Assembly (NCBI GenBank): GCA_000002435.2
Contig: CM018792.1
DNA length: 64,000 nucleotides
From: Giardia intestinalis
Lineage: Eukaryota
Reading direction: 5' to 3' (one strand)
Positions 36,004-45,733 of the stretch are shown in pieces. Each line of letters begins with the position of its first letter. The first letter of the stretch is position 1. A model generated the notes under the pieces. That model did no database searches. It had not been told where the DNA came from and was given only the letters and a program-made list of their open reading frames with translations. The translations under genes and the position numbers were made by a program.

Positions 36004-37776
36004 ATGACGACCCTCCGCATCGATAACCTTACGCAGGAGGAGGCGGAACTCGTGCTGGCCACTGTCATGCAGGCACTACGGCCAGTGAAGGAGCTGCGCT
36101 CATATTGTGCGGTTGCCCTTTTCACCCCGTGCTCGTCGTCCCAGAGCCGCCTTTTGGCATTTTCCATGGACCTCACTGCCACCATTGTTTCTCAGGATGG
36201 TTCGACGCCCCCTGTGGTGCTGGCCATTCCACCACTTCCGCACTATCTGCTGGGCGGCGTCAAGTACGCAACGGCTATTTCGTGCATGGCGTTTACCACA
36301 CTTCTGCACCAAGATGGCCCTCCAGTGTTAATTATTGGGCTGAGCAACGGTGCCTGGGGCGTGTTTGACCTCGGCGGCTGCCTGCTTTTTCCATACATAG
36401 GAGACTCGAGATCTGGCTTATCAATTACAGCCGAACCTGTGATTGAGATTGTAACCCCAGAGAGCTACGATCTCTCGCCATCTGTTCACTTAACGGTCCG
36501 TCAGTATAGTCGCGTGCTCCATGTCACTCTTGAGGACCTCACTGCAGCCATTGCACGGAACATAGAAGCGGCTGGCTTTCAAGCTTGTTCATTTAGAGAC
36601 GCAGATCTTGAAACTAGCCAGCTTCCAGTCTCCGTTCACGACCAGAACCTATTCGCAATTGAACTGATGGACTCTGTAACTATGGAGGCGTTGCGTCCCA
36701 TTGGAAAGCTTAAGATAACCTATAAGTCTGTGGTGTACTACTACTCTGATGCCGTGTCCTTTATCGTGGTAGACCTTACCCAGTTCCATCCGTCGTGCAA
36801 TCTGAATCTGAAAGAGCCGCGAATACTTAGCGTCCCTGAGGATCAAGACACACAGAAGTTACTTGCATGTCCACTTCGAATAAATAGTATGCTTATTGAT
36901 GGGAGTCACTGCCTCATTGTAGGCCCCAATCCGTTTATTGTCCGCATCTCACCGGTCACTGTCGATATAGGCGCCATCAATCTACCAAGGGCCTTTCTGG
37001 ACACCATGGCCACCACTGTACTGCTACCAGACCAGGTGATATCCTTTTCTTCTAACGTCTTCAAAGTGGAGGTGCACGGATGTACACGCGAGCAAGCGGC
37101 GGTGTATGCCGCGCAATACATAGGTGGTAGCCTAGTAGATCAGGTCAACTACAGCATGGGATATCTCCGCGGCGATTTCAGAGCTGATGACCAAGACGTA
37201 GGTTGTGCCAGTGCCTGGGCATTGACAACAATGGATAACGTAGTACCGGAAATATGTAGCCCCATCTCAGACTTGGCTCTGGTACTCGACAAGGCAAAGG
37301 ATGCTATGGAGGAATTTGCTTCAAATAGATCAAAAGAGATTCAGAATGTATTTAGCTCGTATTTCCGTGTCCCATTCAGCATTTGGTGTGACAGCATGGA
37401 AGCCCCACACATCGTTGCACTGAGTGATGCCGGGCAAGTACTGTGCATGTCCCTTCGCTCCTTTGAAATCTGCGGGTCGCGATTTTTGTCCTTGCCTGCC
37501 ACCTCCTCTGATCTGTCCGGAGAACACTCATTCACTATCGCGGTGACCAGAGATGCTGGAGGGGCGCGCCTCCGTGTGTGGGCGTGGAAGCCAGACTTAT
37601 CCAATTTCTCCCAGACATATGAATGGGTCATTGCGTTACCGGGCCTAGAAATAATATCGGAAGGCATTCCTGATGGTCAGTGTCTGGTCCAGTCCAGAAG
37701 AACTGCTTATGCTGTTAAGGTAATACCCCAGGGTACACTCTACTCTTTAGAGTGGACCGTATTGGATAAGGGTTGA
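36004..37776 (+). CDS. Hypothetical protein, 590 aa
   Basis: Long ATG-initiated ORF. No family recognised. Confidence 0.6.
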   Translation: MTTLRIDNLTQEEAELVLATVMQALRPVKELRSYCAVALFTPCSSSQSRLLAFSMDLTATIVSQDGSTPPVVLAIPPLPHYLLGGVKYATAISCMAFTTLLHQDGPPVLIIGLSNGAWGVFDLGGCLLFPYIGDSRSGLSITAEPVIEIVTPESYDLSPSVHLTVRQYSRVLHVTLEDLTAAIARNIEAAGFQACSFRDADLETSQLPVSVHDQNLFAIELMDSVTMEALRPIGKLKITYKSVVYYYSDAVSFIVVDLTQFHPSCNLNLKEPRILSVPEDQDTQKLLACPLRINSMLIDGSHCLIVGPNPFIVRISPVTVDIGAINLPRAFLDTMATTVLLPDQVISFSSNVFKVEVHGCTREQAAVYAAQYIGGSLVDQVNYSMGYLRGDFRADDQDVGCASAWALTTMDNVVPEICSPISDLALVLDKAKDAMEEFASNRSKEIQNVFSSYFRVPFSIWCDSMEAPHIVALSDAGQVLCMSLRSFEICGSRFLSLPATSSDLSGEHSFTIAVTRDAGGARLRVWAWKPDLSNFSQTYEWVIALPGLEIISEGIPDGQCLVQSRRTAYAVKVIPQGTLYSLEWTVLDKG

Positions 37777-37811
37777 CGTTTTCGTTACACCTTTAAAAAT
37801 AAACAAACATT

Positions 37812-40800
37812 ATGAGCATAAGTCAAGGGGCAAGCGCCTTCAGCGATCAACCTAGTGATCTTCCTGCTGTGCTGCGCAAGAATGAAGTGAGCGCAGAGCA
37901 CCCCAAGATTAGCGTGTTCTATGACTCTTTACGGCTACGCGAGGGCTATCAAAGCAACCCGGTTCAGCGCGAGGTCCATATCCTCTTTAACAGTTGGGTT
38001 GGAATCTCTAAGCCGCCCCCCTTGCTTCCCCCATCGAAAGATCTTTCTCAACCATTTGGGTGCGACGTTCTTTTCGACTCTATCTCCAGCTCACCGTCCA
38101 CCCCTGTTATGTCCTCTGATCTCTCAACCCCGGGGTGTACATCGTTTAACACAGGATATTGTGAGCTTTCGTATTTGGACAGTCTGAACGAGTCTAGCCA
38201 AAGTGCATCTATAAATGCTGACCCCCACTCCAAAGACCTCACATTTCCTGGCCCTGCTCTTATCCAGCCACTGACACGGGACACCCTCACACGTACTAAT
38301 ACTTCCGGCCTGACTGCTGTTCCTGATTTGCCAACGCTCCCAGGTCTGTCTAATCTGCAGACTCTAAAAGTAGTTCCGAGTGACCTCACGCCACCTATAG
38401 TCTCTATACAATCGGCGCCTGTTCTAAACACTTGGGCTGCCCGGTCTCGTTCAGAAGTGACCAGTGGCGTCTCTCACACCGGCACGGCAAATCCATCCCA
38501 GGCCGACTCACAGACGACAAGTTCCTCCGGCACACGGCGTCAAAAGACTATGGAGCTCACCAACGCAGAAACGGGGATGCATGTTGTTGTTATCAAACCA
38601 GCAGTCAAGTCGCGTACCAAAAAACAGAAGAGAGAGACTGCACAAAACAGAAGCGGCAGCGAGAAGTTACATGCCAACCCCGAAGACGCTCCTCGACGGG
38701 TTGTCCAATCTTCTTCGGATACAACACAGATATTTCTTCCTGCCACTGTTACTCCAACTGCTCAATCATGTGCAGATTCTAAGAGTGATCCCCGCACAGT
38801 TATAGGTCTGACGTTTGAGTCAGAGCACAACAGATGTGAAGCTGATTTTGAGCCGTCCCCACGGAAAAGCAATCCCGATGGCTCATCCCCGGACACATCG
38901 CCCCTCAGTGCTATTGCAGACGATTTGAATCCCCCAATTTTCAATGGCCTGCTTAATGATGCTCTTCTAGATCCGAGGGAGCTGGAAGCAAATTATCTCA
39001 TCTCAAAGAATGACATCGCACTCGACATGGGAGGAGACGGTACCTACTCTGCTACTGATCCAGCGCACTTGCTGGGCTCTCCCCAAAACTGCACGGAGGT
39101 CATCTCAGACTTTTCAAGCACTGAAGTTACATATGAAACACCCCTAAGCGACCGACACCTCAAGTGGCGCAAGTCTGCGACGAAGGACGCTGTTCTTCTC
39201 CATCATACTCAAAGGACCCTGCTGTCTACTTCGGAGGGAAAGGGCTATACATACCAAGGCCGCACCAATTCAAGCACTCATGAACATTGCTTTATGGCTG
39301 ACTTCGACATTTTTCAACCATACAATGCTGCAGGCGTAGAGAGTGTTCTGCAGGCAAAGCGTACACGTAGGGACATTCTGAGTTTGTTGCTCTCTACTGG
39401 CTGTGGCGTAGCGATGAGACTAGGTTCATGGATGGTTACCATCTTATTGTTTGTAGCTTACCTTTTTGCTACGGGGGTGCTATTTGCCGTCAATAGGCTT
39501 TCATCGTTCATGCTCATGTCTCTTAGGGATCCTGTCCGTATCCTGCTACCCTTTGTATTGGTCACTTTCCTTAAGCGCTTGCTGTTTATCATTCCCTTTA
39601 TTTCTCATTATGTGGTGGAGTGGTTCTACCCCAGCATTATCGACGAAGCCCTGCTGGCCAATGGAAGCTACTACGGAGAGGGCAAAGTGCCAGATAAACG
39701 AGTGCTACCCACATATCTTTCATTGGATAGATCGTACAAAGACTTCTTCCCACCCATCTTTGTTCACTCCTCCAAAAAGAAAACAGGTTTTCTCGAGTAT
39801 CTCAAAGTGGTGATGGGGTCCATCCCAGTGAGCGATGTCCTACATAATATGCTCGACCAGACGTTTCAGTTGCGCCTTTACGCCCTCTATGGACAACCGG
39901 GACTGCGCCACGATGTTGGACTGTCCTCCAGCCTGAGCATAGCAACTCAAGACTATTTCGAGGTTCCTCTCAGCAGTTACAAGCTTTTTCATGACACCCC
40001 TAATGGAAGATTGCCACACAGTGGGAAGCAGCAGCTTAGTCGCTACTTTAACAGCTACCTCCCGATACAGGAGCACCATGTGAAGCCAATGACTTTTAGT
40101 TCCGAATACACTCTGGTCGGTAATGACCACTTAACTGAGAATGAGTATCGTCGAGCAAGTCTAAAGATGTACGATGTTGGTGAAAGGTTTAGACAGCCAG
40201 AAGGCAAGGATTATCAGGATATTTATTCTCACTACGGATTGCTAGCCGATCCCCATTCTATATATGAGCGACCGGGGGATGACATACGCTCTAAGAACTA
40301 TCGCTACAGAAGAATCATGGCCGGAGAGTACTTAGTTGTCGTTTCAGGGTCTGTTTCGGACTCCTTCTCGCCCACAGGTACGTCCGCAGATGCAGCAACG
40401 GTCCGGAAGTGGTTGGCCTATGGCTTTGTTCTTTTCGGCAGATCCAGCGTCTATGGGCCATTTATGGCCAAGGACACACATTACATAGTTAACCGAAGAA
40501 TCATTAATAATGACCATACAACGCTAACGGTCTCAGACAATACTGGAAACATTGTACGAATAACGTTGGAAGATCCTAACTTCACCCTTTACTGCCGCTC
40601 TCTGACACCAAGGCATTTGGAGATATCCAAGACTGCTAATGCAAGGGGCGACAACGACTCTATTCATGGAACCTTTGATAATTGTAATTTCAACGATTTA
40701 ATCATTTACTATAATCGCCCATTTACGTTTGATGAGAAGCCAGCGTTTATAAAGTTTGACACATTCGAGACTCTTGACGCCAGAGTGGCCCCCATTGCAG

Positions 40801-43800
40801 AGCGTAAGATCAAAGGCGAAGAGCGCTTGTTAACGGAGGACCTGCGGGTCACTCTTATAGACCCTACCTTCCCCCGCCTCTCCAAGGTCAACAACTCTGC
40901 CACACTGATCACCATCAACCCAAAAGTCCACATAAACGTGCTCTTTCAGAGCAGCAAGGTCCCCCTAGATAGAGTTGTAGAGTGCAGTGGTCGTGACTGC
41001 TCGAATAAGCTCTTGGCCGCGCCAGAGTATCTCCAATACTTTCGACCTGTGTCTGATGATTATCTCAGTTACCTTTCTATTAAGCCCCTTGTGGCGCCTG
41101 TGCCAGTGACACAGAACAGCCTATGGCCTTTCACAGATACTCAACTGGCATATTTCTATAAGGAATTAACGTTTTCCAGAGCACAGGTCACAAGGCAACT
41201 TGAAAGCTGCAGAAATAAAGATAAGAATAGCCACGGAGGCATCGACGAGTCCCAAAGGGATACGGGAATCTCCTCCATTCTCCAGCCGACTAAACATTCT
41301 CGGCATCGGTGCTCGCATTCATATATGGCTGACCTGCAGAACAACCTGAAGGTAATAGATTTGCAGATCCAGGACGTTGTTGCGTCTCAACAAGGCTATA
41401 CAGTCCTTACCTGTCTTTCAAACCGGAGCACAGACGAGCTGAAGACGACAACGCGGAGCCTGCGGACCATGGAGTGCACATTTCTTTTCCAGCGGATCGT
41501 CATTTCGCTTTTTTGTAGCTGGATTCTTTCGTGTGCGATCCACACTCATGCGAAGATTTTTTATGGTCTGGTTCATCAGGTGCAGAAGGGCACCTCACCT
41601 AAGAACAAGTCTAGTGCACATAGCGGCATTGCTGTGTCGTCGTATACGATGCTGTTTATTTCGCTGTGCTCTGGGATTCTCCGCCTCATCGACGCGTCAA
41701 GGAAGGGTGTTCGGAAGCGTACCGCCGTAGACTTTGCCACTTATCTTTTTGCACAAGCAATCAAGAGCTTCATCACCTTCTATCCGATGTACCTCATCTA
41801 TGTGAATGCGCCCAGATTGCTGGCGGCGCTGTACCTATCCAATCTACAGTATCGCTTGATAATAGCGTACGTCGTTGTGATGCTTCTTTCTGGTCAGTTC
41901 TTTGCCCACTTTGGGCTCTATAATCCTGCCAGCGGCCACCTCCCATATAGACTGCTCAAGAGCTTTAGTGAGAAGGTTGGCACGTTGACTCTGACCGTGG
42001 CCAAGAGTACAGCGTTTCGGTCCTTTTCGTTGTTATTATTGCGTGTACTTAACACAGAGCTTCTTCTTGTCGCCCCTGCGCTTATGTGGTTGTTCACTTC
42101 CGTTGTATTCCGGGTTATGTACCATCTTTCCATCGAGGGGATTTATGGGGGTGAGGAGCGGTTTTCGCACTCTCTCTACCGCGTGACTTTTAGTACTTTT
42201 GATTTTGTGATCCACCCTTCTCTATATTCCTCTTCGCTTTGTGTTTTACTGCTAAGTCTATTTCTGCTTCTTTCGTGTGATACGTTCGTTACTAACTGGA
42301 AGCTAACGTACTCTTTGCGACACATGCCCTCTTACACATCACCTGATCAGCAGCTGCCATCATCGTATCTTACTTCTACCTTTTCACAAAAGCCGTTTAT
42401 CCTTTTCGATACTGATTCCGCCCGCTTTGTTGACGAAGTGCGCAAGATCTATCCTGATCTGTTTAATGTGCAACTTGGGGCACAGCCCAAGCGGAAAAGC
42501 GCGCCATCTTCACGCCGGCATTCTGCAGCTTCACCAAGCACCTCCTCTGCCTCCAGCAGCGATGTCTTTTACTTCCGCCCCATCGAGGCTGTTACACCTA
42601 TTTATTATCTGGAAGAGTTGGGGCCTTGGTCACCCAAGATCTATCTTTACGGTAGCGCAGTGTATAAGAAGTTGTTTTCAGTGCCAGGCGTCTATGGATC
42701 CCTAGTTGCCACGACAATCTGGGTTTCTCCTCATGAACCTTATGTTTCGAGTGCGTGTCCAGCTAGTGATGCGTCCTGCACCTTTGCAAATGATATGTAT
42801 CAGGATATAAACTCTCTTCTGGCCCGGCCTCTTCGGTCATATCTCCAGGATTCGCGAAGGTTTTCGACAGTGATGTATGATCAGCCAGCAGATTTTCCGG
42901 GTAAGCATCAGCTGCAGAGCATATTGCATACTAGGGCAACTCTTTTCATTCGAACCACGAAGCGAATGGCGAGAACAGTGAGGCTGCAGTGCGCCACGCT
43001 CCCATGGTCTGTCTTTCTTCCAACCTATGAGTTTAAGATATCGCGATTTGTAATGCCATCCCAAATGCTTCATGCATTGGTATTCAACAATGCTCCTGGA
43101 CAGCCCATTGATCCTGTGATGAGCCTCGCCCTTTTCTTCAATGGAATAACTTTACCCTCGGCTCTGCTTCACCAAATGGTTCCGATGCAGTACACCTTCA
43201 CCGCTTCTCCTGAAGCAATACTCAAGTTGCAAAATTCTTTTGGGCACAGTCTTGTCAAGTATCTGCTTCTTCCTGTGAGTGGATATATGGTGACCAGAGG
43301 CTCGTCAGTTTCTCCGCCGAGCTTCCATTTGAACATTGTCGATCGCCCAGTCAGGCACGTTATCAATAGCGGAAGTGAGCAAGTGGAGACGGCCAGGTTC
43401 TTGTTAACTGACGACGAGGTGAACAGGGCAGTCAGCCTGGGAAACAACTTACTCGGAGGGCTCAAGGAGGTGCTCACTATTGACCAAGGAGAGCAACTGA
43501 GCAAGACCTCCGCTCCTCTGGGTGCCATAGTTCGTGACGACATGATTCCGAGGCTTACGCCACAAGATCTGCTGTTTGTGCTCTCGGTGTCGTTTTTGGA
43601 TTACTTTACAGTCGGCCACTTGCATCAAAGTCCTGATTCTCTGTCGCAAGATTTTCTACTACATTGCCCCAGCGACCTTGTACGCGCGAAGGACACAAGC
43701 CGGCACCGTGAGCATTCTGGAACCACAGACTCGCTGGGGAATCATATACCTTCTATCCGTGGTGGTATATATAATAATTATTTTCGACACGAGCTGAAGT

Positions 43801-45173
43801 GCTTGCGCTCAGACTATTCTCGACTTTTGCAGTACATCTGCCGGAAGGATGCCACCGAGTGTGGATATCTTCCTTTAGATCTCAGTGTGTATCGCCTCGT
43901 CTCCATCTTGGGGCGTCTGCCTCTTTTCAATCAGGGTTCTGTGTTAAGCCAGGGCACCCTATTCAACTTCAATCACTGCAATCTGCTGACCTGGATCGAT
44001 GGAGTGCTAGAGAAGGTTGCGGGTCATCGGGAAGTTCACAGCTGCTGTGCAGGGTTTGCTTCTGTGGTTTTCGAGGCATCCTCTGCGAGTCTCAGGTTCT
44101 TCGGACTAAATAAGAAAACAGTATCTGCCTTTCTTAGTAGGTTGGAACAGCCAGAGGAATACGTAGATACGGAGTTAGAGCGTGCCACATTTACTGAAGA
44201 TAAAGACTTAGATAGTACCTTGCTGGATTCCATTAACTTCGTCATCAACAGAATATATTTGCGCGTGCTGGAGCTTTCTGTCCTCAGCGTAGTTAGTCGT
44301 GCTGTCAGCACCATGTACCACTTTGTTCTTCAGGCATCCGGTTACACCACTGGTTCTTTGGAGCATCTCGCAGACGGGTTTAGGCGTGGAGAGGTCTACA
44401 CATCCTTCTTTATGGCGCTCCCGTCTTCTGTACGTCAGCTTTATAACGAAGAGCACAACCTGTTTTGCAATACATGTAACAGGGAGCTTCTAGAAATGTT
44501 TCGGCTTTCAGACGCGCACAGACTTGTAGCAGACTATGCCATGCAGAACCAGCTTTGTTCCTCGTGCTTTGCAAGCTATTACACCAACATTGTCTATCCT
44601 CTTGCTTCTTATGAGAGCGACATCACTTCGTTTCTCTTTAAGCGAATTGCAAAACAATTTACCAAGGCTTGGTGCTGTGAAGATGTGCTTTCGCTAATAT
44701 ATCATGCTGGCTTTGTTTCCGATGAGTACTTCCTCAAGCAGCTGTGCCACGAAGCTAATGCATTCATCAAAAAGGCACCTCCAAGCGCATATGCAATCAC
44801 CACCAGTGGATGCGTAGTAATAAGCTCTGGTGAGCTAAGTGAGGAGACACGCATTCTGAGACTGCATAAAGTATCCGAGGCCCTCTTGAGTGCGTTGCTG
44901 CAGATCCAAAGGATGCGTCATGTCTGCATGTTTAAGGCGCAGACATATCAAACTTGTGTCCCGTATGCTACATATTGCGAGTCTCGGTTATACGTCGAGG
45001 ACTCGCAACACCTAGCCTTGTTACACACTCTCTTAAACAACGAGAAGGAGCATGCGGGTGCTAAGGATATGTTCCTATATTCATCTAAACATGAACCACT
45101 AGGTCGTGCATGTAAGCAAGGGCTACGCACAGATTGGTATTATGCTCTCATCCAAAGCTGTAGCAAATCTTAG
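37812..45173 (+). CDS. Giant hypothetical membrane-associated protein, 2453 aa
   Basis: Uninterrupted 7.4-kb ORF. Ser/Thr/Pro-rich N-terminus. Clusters of hydrophobic helices around aa 530-600 and 1230-1500. C-terminal Cys pairs (CNTCNRE..CSSCF). No family recognised. Confidence 0.7.
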   Translation: MSISQGASAFSDQPSDLPAVLRKNEVSAEHPKISVFYDSLRLREGYQSNPVQREVHILFNSWVGISKPPPLLPPSKDLSQPFGCDVLFDSISSSPSTPVMSSDLSTPGCTSFNTGYCELSYLDSLNESSQSASINADPHSKDLTFPGPALIQPLTRDTLTRTNTSGLTAVPDLPTLPGLSNLQTLKVVPSDLTPPIVSIQSAPVLNTWAARSRSEVTSGVSHTGTANPSQADSQTTSSSGTRRQKTMELTNAETGMHVVVIKPAVKSRTKKQKRETAQNRSGSEKLHANPEDAPRRVVQSSSDTTQIFLPATVTPTAQSCADSKSDPRTVIGLTFESEHNRCEADFEPSPRKSNPDGSSPDTSPLSAIADDLNPPIFNGLLNDALLDPRELEANYLISKNDIALDMGGDGTYSATDPAHLLGSPQNCTEVISDFSSTEVTYETPLSDRHLKWRKSATKDAVLLHHTQRTLLSTSEGKGYTYQGRTNSSTHEHCFMADFDIFQPYNAAGVESVLQAKRTRRDILSLLLSTGCGVAMRLGSWMVTILLFVAYLFATGVLFAVNRLSSFMLMSLRDPVRILLPFVLVTFLKRLLFIIPFISHYVVEWFYPSIIDEALLANGSYYGEGKVPDKRVLPTYLSLDRSYKDFFPPIFVHSSKKKTGFLEYLKVVMGSIPVSDVLHNMLDQTFQLRLYALYGQPGLRHDVGLSSSLSIATQDYFEVPLSSYKLFHDTPNGRLPHSGKQQLSRYFNSYLPIQEHHVKPMTFSSEYTLVGNDHLTENEYRRASLKMYDVGERFRQPEGKDYQDIYSHYGLLADPHSIYERPGDDIRSKNYRYRRIMAGEYLVVVSGSVSDSFSPTGTSADAATVRKWLAYGFVLFGRSSVYGPFMAKDTHYIVNRRIINNDHTTLTVSDNTGNIVRITLEDPNFTLYCRSLTPRHLEISKTANARGDNDSIHGTFDNCNFNDLIIYYNRPFTFDEKPAFIKFDTFETLDARVAPIAERKIKGEERLLTEDLRVTLIDPTFPRLSKVNNSATLITINPKVHINVLFQSSKVPLDRVVECSGRDCSNKLLAAPEYLQYFRPVSDDYLSYLSIKPLVAPVPVTQNSLWPFTDTQLAYFYKELTFSRAQVTRQLESCRNKDKNSHGGIDESQRDTGISSILQPTKHSRHRCSHSYMADLQNNLKVIDLQIQDVVASQQGYTVLTCLSNRSTDELKTTTRSLRTMECTFLFQRIVISLFCSWILSCAIHTHAKIFYGLVHQVQKGTSPKNKSSAHSGIAVSSYTMLFISLCSGILRLIDASRKGVRKRTAVDFATYLFAQAIKSFITFYPMYLIYVNAPRLLAALYLSNLQYRLIIAYVVVMLLSGQFFAHFGLYNPASGHLPYRLLKSFSEKVGTLTLTVAKSTAFRSFSLLLLRVLNTELLLVAPALMWLFTSVVFRVMYHLSIEGIYGGEERFSHSLYRVTFSTFDFVIHPSLYSSSLCVLLLSLFLLLSCDTFVTNWKLTYSLRHMPSYTSPDQQLPSSYLTSTFSQKPFILFDTDSARFVDEVRKIYPDLFNVQLGAQPKRKSAPSSRRHSAASPSTSSASSSDVFYFRPIEAVTPIYYLEELGPWSPKIYLYGSAVYKKLFSVPGVYGSLVATTIWVSPHEPYVSSACPASDASCTFANDMYQDINSLLARPLRSYLQDSRRFSTVMYDQPADFPGKHQLQSILHTRATLFIRTTKRMARTVRLQCATLPWSVFLPTYEFKISRFVMPSQMLHALVFNNAPGQPIDPVMSLALFFNGITLPSALLHQMVPMQYTFTASPEAILKLQNSFGHSLVKYLLLPVSGYMVTRGSSVSPPSFHLNIVDRPVRHVINSGSEQVETARFLLTDDEVNRAVSLGNNLLGGLKEVLTIDQGEQLSKTSAPLGAIVRDDMIPRLTPQDLLFVLSVSFLDYFTVGHLHQSPDSLSQDFLLHCPSDLVRAKDTSRHREHSGTTDSLGNHIPSIRGGIYNNYFRHELKCLRSDYSRLLQYICRKDATECGYLPLDLSVYRLVSILGRLPLFNQGSVLSQGTLFNFNHCNLLTWIDGVLEKVAGHREVHSCCAGFASVVFEASSASLRFFGLNKKTVSAFLSRLEQPEEYVDTELERATFTEDKDLDSTLLDSINFVINRIYLRVLELSVLSVVSRAVSTMYHFVLQASGYTTGSLEHLADGFRRGEVYTSFFMALPSSVRQLYNEEHNLFCNTCNRELLEMFRLSDAHRLVADYAMQNQLCSSCFASYYTNIVYPLASYESDITSFLFKRIAKQFTKAWCCEDVLSLIYHAGFVSDEYFLKQLCHEANAFIKKAPPSAYAITTSGCVVISSGELSEETRILRLHKVSEALLSALLQIQRMRHVCMFKAQTYQTCVPYATYCESRLYVEDSQHLALLHTLLNNEKEHAGAKDMFLYSSKHEPLGRACKQGLRTDWYYALIQSCSKS

Positions 45174-45265
45174 TTTTCTACCTGGACAAGTATTCATTAC
45201 TTCATTAGATGGCCATAGAAATAACTACTTGTACACAAATGGACCTAGAAGTGGTGCTGAAAGAC

Positions 45266-45368
45266 GCGCCCGCCCGGCCCTTGACCCTCGTGGCCCCGTC
45301 GTCGGTGTTGGGCACGACGCGCCGCTGGGCCCTCTTGATGGGCGACTCGTCCGGAGGCTCTCCCGTCC
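45266..45368 (+). repeat. 103-bp relic fragment of element ORF2 (homologous to 1531-1633)
   Basis: Hand alignment: 96/103 identical, no gaps, same orientation. A GC-rich patch within an AT-richer intergenic spacer. Corresponds to ORF2 residues ~274-308 (GEPPDEPPIKRAQRRVVLNTDDGTTRTKVRAGAPF). Weaker similarity continues ~10-15 nt to the left. Confidence 0.85.
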
Positions 45369-45733
45369 ACGTACTTAGCACTATCCACGAGTTCACTTGT
45401 GATAAGAGGGCAAACAGTGAGGCTTGGTCATAAAAATGGAAATTCATGTGGTTATCGATAGTGGACAGGCATACCTAGAGCCGTCACGCAAGTATTCTGC
45501 CTCATATAGGAAAGATCCTAGGCCAGAAATGGCCGAATGCGAGGGCTGGTCTGTATTTGCGGAACTGTCTCAGTTGTTGCGGAAAGCTGAGGAAGACGGC
45601 TTTCCTCTGCTCTAAAAAGTCCCCTTAGTGGCTATGGGCGGCATAGACAACTATCCTTTCAGCGACAACTAGGTTTTAGTAAATCTTTGAGCTCAACACC
45701 GGGAATCTTGACTTCAGTAAAATTTCCAGGTAA

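Noticed and set aside
45500-45540. Possible second patch of element homology near the relic (CCTAGG..AAATGGCC versus CCTAGGTAGTAAATTGCC at ~830)
   Set aside because: Identity is only ~60% over 30 nt, and the order is not collinear with the element (the terminus-like patch lies on the wrong side of the core).
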